Below, piece by piece: positions 50,001-61,100 of a stretch of DNA of 64,000 nt. A model generated the notes under the pieces. The model made no database searches, was not told the DNA's origin, and was given only the letters and a program-made list of their open reading frames with translations. The DNA comes from Eledone cirrhosa (Eukaryota): positions 249,054,001 through 249,118,000 of the forward strand of contig OZ024741.1 of assembly GCA_964016885.1 (NCBI GenBank), given 5' to 3'. The position numbers were made by a program, and so were the translations under genes. The stretch's first letter is position 1; the number at the start of each line of letters is the position of its first letter.

Positions 50001-53000
50001 GGAGATAATTTGTAAAAAAAAATCAGGGGGAGATAATTTGTAAAAAAAAATCAGGGGGAGATAATTTGTAAAAAAAATCAAGGGGAGATAATTTCCAGCC
50101 GTCCAAGGGGAGGTAATATCTAGCCATCCAAGGGGAGATAATTTCCAGCCGTCCAAGGGGAGATAATTTCCAGCCGTCCAAGGGGAGATAATATCCAGCC
50201 GTCCAAGGAGACATATTTTCCAGCCGTCCAAGGAGACGTAATTTCTAGCCGTCCAAGGGGAGATAAGTTCCAGCCTCCAAGGGGAGATAATTTCCAGCCA
50301 GCCAAGGGGAGATAATTTGTAAAAAAATCAGGGGGAGATAATTTGTAAAAAAAAAATCAGGGGGAGATAATTTGTAAAAAAATCAGGGGGAGATAATTTG
50401 TAAAAAAAAATCAGGGGGAAATAATTTGTAAAAAAAATCAGGGGGAGATAATTTGTAAAAAAAATCAGGGGTAGATAATTTGTAAAAAAAATCAGGGGGA
50501 GATAATTTGTAAAAAAAATCAGGGGGAGATAATTTGTAAAAAAAATCAGGGGTAGATAATTTTCAGCCGTCCAAGGGGAGATAATTTCCATCCTTCCAAG
50601 GGGAGATAATTTCCAGCCGTCCAAGGGGAGATAATTTCCCGCCAGCCAAGGAGAGATAACATTTAAAAAAATCAGGCGGAGATAATTTGTAAAAAAAATC
50701 AGGGGGAGATAATTTGTAAAAAAATCAGGGGGAGATAATTTGTAAAAAAAATCAGGGGTAGATAATTTCCAGCCGTCCAAGGGGAGATAATTTCCATCCT
50801 TCCAAGGGGAGATAATTTCCAGCCGTCCAAGGGGAGATAATTTCCCGCCAGCCAAGGAGAGATAATATTTAAAAAAATCAGGCGGAGATAATTTGTAAAA
50901 AAAATCAGGGGGAGATAATTTGTAAAAAAATCAGGGGGAGATAATTTGTAAAAAAAAATCAGGGGGAGATAATTTGTAAAAAAAATCAGGGGGAGATAAT
51001 TTGTAAAAAAAATCAGGGGTAGATAATTTGTAAAAAAAAATCAGGGGGAGATAATTTGTAAAAAAAAAATCAGGGGGAGATAATTTGTAAAAAAATCAAG
51101 GGGAGATAATTTCCAGCCGTCCAAGGGGAGATAATTTTCAGCCGTCCAAGGAGAGGTAATTTCTAGCCGTCCAAGGGGAGATAATTTCCAGCCGTCCAAG
51201 GGGAGATAATTTTTTTAAAAAAATCAGGCGGAGATAATTTGTAAACAAAAATCAGGGGGAGATAATTTGTAAAAAAAAATCAGGGGGAGATAATTTGTAA
51301 AAAAAAATCAGGGGGAGATAATTTGTAAAAAAAATCAGGGGGAGATAATTTGTAAAAAAAATCAGGGGGAGATAATTTGTAAAAAAAAATCAGGGGGAGA
51401 TAATTTGTAAAAAAAAAATCAGGGGGAGATAATTTGTAAAAAAATCAAGGGGAGATAATATCCAGCCGTCCAAGGAGACATATTTTCCAGCCGTCCAAGG
51501 AGACGTAATTTCTAGCCGTCCAAGGGGAGATAAGTTCCAGCCTCCAAGGGGAGATAATTTCCAGCCAGCCAAGGGGAGATAATTTGTAAAAAAATTAGGG
51601 GGAGATAATTTGTAAAAAAAAATTAGGGGGAGATAATTTGTAAAAAAAAATCAGGGGGAGATAATTTGTAAAAAAAAATCAGGGGGAGATAATTTGTAAA
51701 AAAAATCAAGGGGAGATAATTTCCAGCCGTCCAAGGGGAGATAATTTTCAGCCGTCCAAGGAGAGGTAAATTCTAGCCGTCCAAGGAGATATAATTTCCA
51801 GCCGTCCAAGGGGAGATAATTTCCAGCCGTCCAAGGGGAGATAATTTTTTAAAAAAAATCAGGCGGAGATAATTTGTAAACAAAAATCAGGGGGAGATAA
51901 TTTTTAAAAAAAAATCAGGGGGAGATAATTTGTAAAAAAAAATCAGGGGGAGATAATTTGTAAAAAAAATCAAGGGGAGATAATTTCCAGCCGTCCAAGG
52001 GGAGGTAATATCTAGCCATCCAAGGGGAGATAATTTCCAGCCGTCCAAGGGGAGATAATTTCCAGCCGTCCAAGGGGAGATAATATCCAGCCGTCCAAGG
52101 AGACATATTTTCCAGCCGTCCAAGGAGAGGTAATTTCTAGCCGTCCAAGGGGAGATAAGTTCCAGCCTCCAAGGGGAGATAATTTCCAGCCAGCCAAGGG
52201 GAGATAATTTGTAAAAAAATCAGGGGGGAGATAATTTGTAAAAAAAATCAGGGGGAGATAATTTGAAAAAAAAATCAGGGGGAGATAATTTGTAAAAAAT
52301 ATGAAGGGGAGATAATTTCCAGCCCTCCAAGGGGCTATAATTTCCAGCCGTGCAAGGGGAGATAATTTCCAGCCGTCCAAGGCGAGATAATTTCCATCCT
52401 TCCAAGGGGAGATAATTTCCAGCCGTCCAAGGGGAGATAATTTCCCGCCAGCCAAGGGAAGATAATTTTTTAAAAAATCAGGCGGAGATTGTAAAAAAAA
52501 TCAGGGGGAGATAATTTGTAAAAAAATCAGGGGGAGATAATTTGTAAAAAAAAAATCAGGGGGAGATAATTTGTAAAAAAAAATCAGGGGGAGATAATTT
52601 GTAAAAAAAATCAGGGGGAGATAATTTGTAAAAAAAATCAGGGGTAGATAATTTGTAAAAAAAATCAGGGGGAGATAATTTGTAAAAAAAATCAGGGGGA
52701 GATAATTTGTAAAAAAAATCAGGGGTAGATAATTTTCAGCCGTCCAAGGGGAGATAATTTCCATCCTTCCAATGGGAGATAATTTCCAGCCGTCCAAGGG
52801 GAGATAATTTCCCGCCAGCCAAGGAGAGATAACATTTAAAAAAATCAGGCGGAGATAATTTGTAAAAAAATCAGGGGGAGATAATTTGTAAAAAAAATCA
52901 GGGGTAGATAATTTCCAGCCGTCCAAGGGGAGATAATTTCCATCCTTCCAAGGGGAGATAATTTCCAGCCGTCCAAGGGGAGATAATTTCCCGCCAGCCA

Positions 53001-54559
53001 AGGAGAGATAATATTTAAAAAAATCAGGCGGAGATAATTTGTAAAAAAAATCAGGGGGAGATAATTTGTAAAAAAATCAGGGGGAGATAATTTGTAAAAA
53101 AAAATCAGGGGGAGATAATTTGTAAAAAAAAATCAGGGGGAGATAATTTGTAAAAAAAAATCAGGGATAGATAATTTGTAAAAAAAAATCAGGGGGAGAT
53201 AATTTGTAAAAGAAAAATCAGGGGGAGATAATTTGTAAAAAAATCAAGGGGAGATAATTTCCAGCCGTCCAAGGGGAGATAATTTTCAGCCGTCCAAGGA
53301 GAGGTAATTTCTAGCCGTCCAAGGGGAGATAATTTCCAGCCGTCCAAGGGGAGATAATTTTTTTAAAAAAATCAGGCGGAGATAATTTGTAAACAAAAAT
53401 CAGGGGGAGATAATTTGTAAAAAAAAATCAGGGGGAGATAATTTGTAAAAAAAAATCAGGGGGAGATAATTTGTAAAAAAAATCAAGGGGAGATAATTTG
53501 TCAAAAAAAATCAGGGGTAGATAATTTGTAAAAAAAAATCAGGGGGAGATAATTTGTAAAAAAAAAATCAGGGGGAGATAATTTGTAAAAAAATCAAGGG
53601 GAGATAATTTCCAGCCGTCCAAGGGGAGATAATTTTCAGCCGTCCAAGGAGAGGTAATTTCTAGCCGTCCAAGGGGAGATAATTTCCAGCCAGCCAAGGG
53701 GAGATAATTTGTAAAAAAATCAGGGGTAGATAATTTGTAAAAAAAAATCAGGGGGAGATAATTTGTAAAAAAAGTCAGGGGGAGATAATTTGTAAAAAAA
53801 ATCAGGGGTAGATAATTTCCAGCCGTCCAAGGGGAGATAATTTCCATCCTTCCAAGGGGAGATAATTTCCAGCCGTCCAAGGGGAGATAATTTCCCGCCA
53901 GCCAAGGAGAGATAACATTTAAAAAAATCAGGCGGAGATAATTTGTAAAAAAAATCAGGGGGAGATAATTTGTAAAAAAATCAGGGGGAGATAATTTGTA
54001 AAAAAAATCAGGGGTAGATAATTTCCAGCCGTCCAAGGGGAGATAATTTCCATCCTTCCAAGGGGAGATAATTTCCAGCCGTCCAAGGGGAGATAATTTC
54101 CCGCCAGCCAAGGAGAGATAATATTTAAAAAAATCAGGCGGAGATAATTTGTAAAAAAAATCAGGGGGAGATAATTTGTAAAAAAATCAGGGGGAGATAA
54201 TTTGTAAAAAAAAATCAGGGGAGATAATTTGTAAAAAAAATCAGGGGGAGATAATTTGTAAAAAAAAATCAGGGGTAGATAATTTGTAAAAAAAAATCAG
54301 GGGGAGATAATTTGTAAAAAAAAAATCAGGGGGAGATAATTTGTAAAAAAATCAAGGGGAGATAATTTCCAGCCGTCCAAGGGGAGATAATTTTCAGCCG
54401 TCCAAGGAGGTAATTTCTAGCCGTCCAAGGGGAGATAATTTCCAGCCGTCCAAGGGGAAATAATTTTTTTAAAAAAATCAGGCGGAGATAATTTGTAAAC
54501 AAAAATCAGGGGGAGATAATTTGTAAAAAAAAATCAGGGGGAGATAATTTGTAAAAAAA

Positions 54560-57500
54560 AATCAGGGGGAGATAATTTGTAAAAAAATCAAGGGGAGATA
54601 ATTTCCAGCCGTCCAAGGGGAGATAATTTTCAGCCGTCCAAGGAGAGGTAATTTCTAGCCGTCCAAGGGGAGATAATTTCCAGCCGTCCAAGGGGAGATA
54701 ATTTTTTTAAAAAAATCAGGCGGAGATAATTTGTAAACAAAAATCAGGGGGAGATAATTTGTAAAAAAAAATCAGGGGGAGATAATTTGTAAAAAAAAAT
54801 CAGGGGGAGATAATTTGTAAAAAAAATCAAGGGAGATAATTTGTCAAAAAAAATCAGGGGTAGATAATTTGTAAAAAAAAATCAGGGGGAGATAATTTGT
54901 AAAAAAAAAATCAGGGGGAGATAATTTGTAAAAAAAATCAAGGGGAGATGATTTCCAGCCGTCCAAGGGGAGATAATTTTCAGCCGTCCAAGGAGAGGTA
55001 ATTTCTAGCCGTCCAAGGGGAGATAATTTCCAGCCAGCCAAGGGGAGATAATTTGTAAAAAAATCAGGGGTAGATAATTTGTAAAAAAAAATCAGGGGGA
55101 GATAATTTGTAAAAAAAATCAGGGGGAGATAATTTGTAAAAAAAATCAGGGGTAGATAATTTCCAGCCGTCCAAGGGGAGATAATTTCCATCCTTCCAAG
55201 GGGAGATAATTTCCAGCCGTCCAAGGGGAGATAATTTCCCGCCAGCCAAGGAGAGATAACATTTAAAAAAATCAGGCGGAGATAATTTGTAAAAAAAATC
55301 AGGGGGAGATAATTTGTAAAAAAATCAGGGGGAGATAATTTGTAAAAAAAATCAGGGGTAGATAATTTCCAGCCGTCCAAGGGGAGATAATTTCCATCCT
55401 TCCAAGGGGAGATAATTTCCAGCCGTCCAAGGGGAGATAATTTCCCGCCAGCCAAGGAGAGATAATATTTAAAAAAATCAGGCGGAGATAATTTGTAAAA
55501 AAAATCAGGGGGAGATAATTTGTAAAAAAATCAGGGGGAGATAATTTGTAAAAAAAATCAGGGGGAGATAATTCGTAAAAAAAAATCAGGGGTAGATAAT
55601 TTGTAAAAAAAAATCAGGGGGAGATAATTTGTAAAAAAAAAATCAGGGGGAGATGATTTGTAAAAAAATCAAGGGGAGATAATTTCCAGCCGTCCAAGGG
55701 GAGATAATTTTCAGCCGTCCAAGGAGGTAATTTCTAGCCGTCCAAGGGGGAGATAATTTCCAGCCGTCCAAGGGGAGATAATTTTTTTAAAAAAATCAGG
55801 CGGAGATAATTTGTAAACAAAAATCAGGGGGAGATAATTTGTAAAAAAAAATCAGGGGGAGATAATTTGTAAAAAAAAATCAGGGGGAGATAATTTGTAA
55901 AAAAAATCAAGGGGAGATAATTTCCAGCCGTCCAAGGGGAGGTAATATCTAGCCATCCAAGGGGAGATAATTTCCAGCCGTCCAAGGGGAGATAATTTCA
56001 AGCCGTCCAAGGGGAGATAATATCCAGCCGTCCAAGGAGACATATTTTCCAGCCGTCCAAGGAGAGGTAATTTCTAGCCGTCCAAGGGGAGATAAGTTCC
56101 AGCCTCCAAGGGGAGATAATTTCCAGCCAGCCAAGGGGAGATAATTTGTAAAAAAATCAGGGGGAGATAATTTGTAAAAAAAAAATCAGGGGGAGATAAT
56201 TTGTAAAAAAATCAGGGGGAGATAATTTGTAAAAAAAAAATCAGGGGGAGATAATTTGTAAAAAAAATCAGGGGGAGATAATTTGTAGAAAAAATCAGGG
56301 GTAGATAATTTGTAAAAAAAATCAGGGGGAGATAATTTGTAAAAAAATTCAGGGGGAGATAATTTGTAAAAAAAATCAGGGGTAGATAATTTTCAGCCGT
56401 CCAAGGGGAGATAATTTCCATCCGTCCAAGGAGAGGTAATTTCTAGCCGTCCAAGGGGAGATAATTTCCAGCCGTCCAAGGGGAGATAATTTTTTTAAAA
56501 AAATCAGGCGGAGATAATTTGTAAACAAAAATCAGGGGGAGATAATTTGTAAAAAAAAATCAGGGGGAGATAATTTGTAAAAAAAAATCAGGGGGAGATA
56601 ATTTGTAAAAAAAATCAAGGGGAGATAATTTCCAGCCGTCCAAGGGGAGGTAATATCTAGCCATCCAAGGGGAGATAATTTCCAGCCGTCCAAGGGGAGA
56701 TAATTTCCAGCCGTCCAAGGGGAGATAATATCCAGCCGTCCAAGGAGACATATTTTCCAGCCGTCCAAGGAGAGGTAATTTCTAGCCGTCCAAGGGGAGA
56801 TAATTTCCAGCCAGCCAAGGGGAGATAATTTGTAAAAAAATCAGGGGGAGATAATTTGTAAAAAAAAAATCAGGGGGAGATAATTTGTAAAAAAATCAGG
56901 GGGAGATAATTTGTAAAAAAAAAATCAGGGGGAGATAATTTGTAAAAAAAATCAGGGGTAGATAATTTGTAAAAAAAATCAGGGGGAGATAATTTGTAAA
57001 AAAAATCAGGGGGAGATAATTTGTAAAAAAAATCAGGGGTAGATAATTTTCAGCCCTCCAAGGGGAGATAATTTCCATCCTTCCAAGGGGAGATAATTTC
57101 CAGCCGTCCAAGGGGAGATAATTTCCCGCCAGCCAAGGAGAGATAACATTTAAAAAAATCAGGCGGAGATAATTTGTAAAAAAAATCAGGGGGAGATAAT
57201 TTGTAAAAAAATCAGGGGGAGATAATTTGTAAAAAAAATCAGGGGTAGATAATTTCCAGCCGTCCAAGGGGAGATAATTTCCATCCTTCCAAGGGGAGAT
57301 AATTTCCAGCCGTCCAAGGGGAGATAATTTCCCGCCAGCCAAGGAGAGATAATATTTAAAAAAATCAGGCGGAGATAATTTGTAAAAAAAATCAGGGGGA
57401 GATAATTTGTAAAAAAATCAGGGGGAGATAATTTGTAAAAAAAAATCAGGGGGAGATAATTCGTAAAAAAAATCAGGGGGAGATAATTTGTAAAAAAAAA

Positions 57501-60500
57501 TCAGGGGTAGATAATTTGTAAAAAAAAATCAGGGGGAGATAATTTGTAAAAAAAAATCAGGGGGAGATAATTTGTAAAAAAATCAAGGGGAGATAATTTC
57601 CAGCCGTCCAAGGGGAGATAATTTTCAGCCGTCCAAGGAGAGGTAATTTCTAGCCGTCCAAGGGGAGATAATTTCCAGCCGTCCAAGGGGAGATAATTTT
57701 TTTAAAAAAATCAGGCGGAGATAATTTGTAAACAAAAATCAGGGGGAGATAATTTGTAAAAAAAAATCAGGGGGAGATAATTTGTAAAAAAAAATCAGGG
57801 GGAGATAATTTGTAAAAAAAATCAAGGGGAGATAATTTGTCAAAAAAAATCAGGGGTAGATAATTTGTAAAAAAAAATCAAGGGGAGATAATTTGTAAAA
57901 AAAAAATCAGGGGGAGATAATTTGTAAAAAAAATCAAGGGGAGATGATTTCCAGCCGTCCAAGGGGAGATAATTTTCAGCCGTCCAAGGAGAGGTAATTT
58001 CTAGCCGTCCAAGGGGAGATAATTTCCAGCCAGCCAAGGGGAGATAATTTGTAAAAAAATCAGGGGTAGATAATTTGTAAAAAAAAATCAGGGGGAGATA
58101 ATTTGTAAGAAAAATCAGGGGGAGATAATTTGTAAAAAAAATCAGGGGTAGATAATTTCCAGCCGTCCAAGGGGAGATAATTTCCATCCTTCCAAGGGGA
58201 GATAATTTCCAGCCGTCCAAGGGGAGATAATTTCCCGCCAGCCAAGGAGAGATAACATTTAAAAAAATCAGGCGGAGATAATTTGTAAAAAAAATCAGGG
58301 GGAGATAATTTGTAAAAAAATCAGGGGGAGATAATTTGTAAAAAAAATCAGGGGTAGATAATTTCCAGCCGTCCAAGGGGAGATAATTTCCATCCTTCCA
58401 AGGGGAGATAATTTCCAGCCGTCCAAGGGGAGATAATTTCCCGCCAGCCAAGGAGAGATAATATTTAAAAAAATCAGGCGGAGATAATTTGTAAAAAAAA
58501 TCAGGGGGAGATAATTTGTAAAAAAATCAGGGGGAGATAATTTGTAAAAAAAAATCAGGGGAGATAATTTGTAAAAAAAATCAGGGGGAGATAATTTGTA
58601 AAAAAAAATCAGGGGTAGATAATTTGTAAAAAAAAATCAGGGGGAGATAATTTGTAAAAAAAAAATCAGGGGGAGATAATTTGTAAAAAAATCAAGGGGA
58701 GATAATTTCCAGCCGTCCAAGGGGAGATAATTTTCAGCCGTCCAAGGAGGTAATTTCTAGCCGTCCAAGGGGAGATAATTTCCAGCCGTCCAAGGGGAGA
58801 TAATTTTTTTAAAAAAATCAGGCGGAGATAATTTGTAAACAAAAATCAGGGGGAGATAATTTGTAAAAAAAATCAGGGGGAGATAATTTGTAAAAAAAAA
58901 TCGGGGGAGATAATTTGTAAAAAAAATCAAGGGGAGATAATTTCCAGCCGTCCAAGGGGAGGTAATATCTAGCCATCCAAGGGGAGATAATTTCCAGCCG
59001 TCCAAGGGGAGATAATTTCCAGCCGTCCAAGGGGAGATAATATCCAGCCGTCCAAGGAGACATATTTTCCAGCCGTCCAAGGAGAGGTAATTTCTAGCCG
59101 TCCAAGGGGAGATAAGTTCCAGCCTCCAAGGGGAGATAATTTCCAGCCAGCCAAGGGGAGATAACTTGTAAAAAAATCAGGGGGAGATAATTTGTAAAAA
59201 AAAAATCAGGGGGAGATAATTTGTAAAAAAATCAGGGGGAGATAATTTGTAAAAAAAAAATCAGGGGGAGATAATTTGTAAAAAAAATCAGGGGGAGATA
59301 ATTTGTAGAAAAAATCAGGGGTAGATAATTTGTAAAAAAAATCAGGGGGAGATAATTTGTAAAAAAAATCAGGGGGAGATAATTTGTAAAAAAAATCAGG
59401 GGTAGATAATTTTCAGCCGTCCAAGGGGAGATAATTTCCATCCTTCCAAGGGGAGATAATTTCCAGCCGTCCAAGGGGAGATAATTTCCCGCCAGCCAAG
59501 GGGAGATAATATTTAAAAAAATCAGGCGGAGATAATTTGTAAAAAAAAATCAGGGGGAGATAATTTGTAAAAAAATCAGGGGGAGATAATTTGTAAAAAA
59601 AAATCAGGGGGAGATAATTTGTAAAAAAAATCAGGGGGAGATAATTTGTAAAAAAAATCAGGGGTAGATAATTTGTAAAAAAAAATCAGGGGGAGATAAT
59701 TTGTAAAAAAAAAATCAGGGGGAGATAATTTGTAAAAAAATCAAGGGGAGATAATTTCCAGCCGTCCAAGGGGAGATAATTTTCAGCCGTCCAAGGAGAG
59801 GTAATTTCTAGCCGTCCAAGGGGAGATAATTTCCAGCCGTCCAAGGGGAGATAATTTTTTAAAAAAAATCAGGCGGAGATAATTTGTAAACAAAAATCAG
59901 GGGGAGATAATTTGTAAAAAAAAATCAGGGGGAGATAATTTGTAAAAAAAAATCAGAGGGAGATAATTTGTAAAAAAAATCAAGGGGAGATAATTTCCAG
60001 CCGTCCAAGGGGAGGTAATATCTAGCCATCCAAGGGGAGATAATTTCCAGCCGTCCAAGGGGAGATAATTTCCAGCCGTCCAAGGGGAGATAATATCCAG
60101 CCGTCCAAGGAGACATATTTTCCAGCCGTCCAAGGAGAGGTAATTTCTAGCCGTCCAAGGGGAGATAAGTTCCTGCCTCCAAGGGGAGATAATTTCCAGG
60201 CAGCCAAGGGGAGATAATTTGTAAAAAAATCAGGGGGAGATAATTTGTAAAAAAATCAGGGGGAGATAATTTGTAAAAAAATCAGGGGGAGATAATTTGT
60301 AAAAAAAAAATCAGGGGGAGATAATTTGTAAAAAAAATCAGGGGGAGATAATTTGTAAAAAAAATCAGGGGTAGATAATTTGTAAAAAAAATCAGGGGGA
60401 GATAATTTGTAAAAAAAATCAGGGGGAGATAATTTGTAAAAAAAATCAGGGGTAGATAATTTTCAGCCCTCCAAGAGGAGATAATTTCCATCCTTCCAAG

Positions 60501-61100
60501 GGGAGATAATTTCCAGCCGTCCAAGGGGAGATAATTTCCCGCCAGCCAAGGAGAGATAACATTTAAAAAAATCAGGCGGAGATAATTTGTAAAAAAAATC
60601 AGGGGGAGATAATTTGTAAAAAAATCAGGGGGAGATAATTTGTAAAAAAAATCAGTTGTAGATAATTTCCAGCCGTCCAAGGGGAGATAATTTCCATCCT
60701 TCCAAGGGGAGATAATTTCCAGCCGTCCAAGGGGAGATAATTTCCCGCCAGCCAAGGAGAGATAATATTTAAAAAAATCAGGCGGAGATAATTTGTAAAA
60801 AAAATCAGGGGGAGATAATTTGTAAAAAAATCAGGGGGAGATAATTTGTAAAAAAAAATCAGGGGGAGATAATTTGTAAAAAAAATCAGGGGGAGATAAT
60901 TTGTAAAAAAAAATCAGGGGTAGATAATTTGTAAAAAAAAATCAGGGGGAGATAATTTGTAAAAAAAAATCAGGGGGAAATAATTTGTAAAAAAATCAAG
61001 GGGAGATAATTTCCAGCCGTCCAAGGGGAGATAATTTTCAGCCGTCCAAGGAGAGGTAATTTCTAGCCGTCCAAGGGGAGATAATTTCCAGCCGTCCAAG
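54560..61100 (+). repeat. Imperfect tandem higher-order units, period about 3.0-3.4 kb; boundaries approximate
   Basis: ORF offsets 54844/57840 (2,996), 55949/58969 (3,020) and 57501/60914 (3,413). Shared markers GAGATGATTTCCAG and TTTTCAGCCCTCC. Confidence 0.72.
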
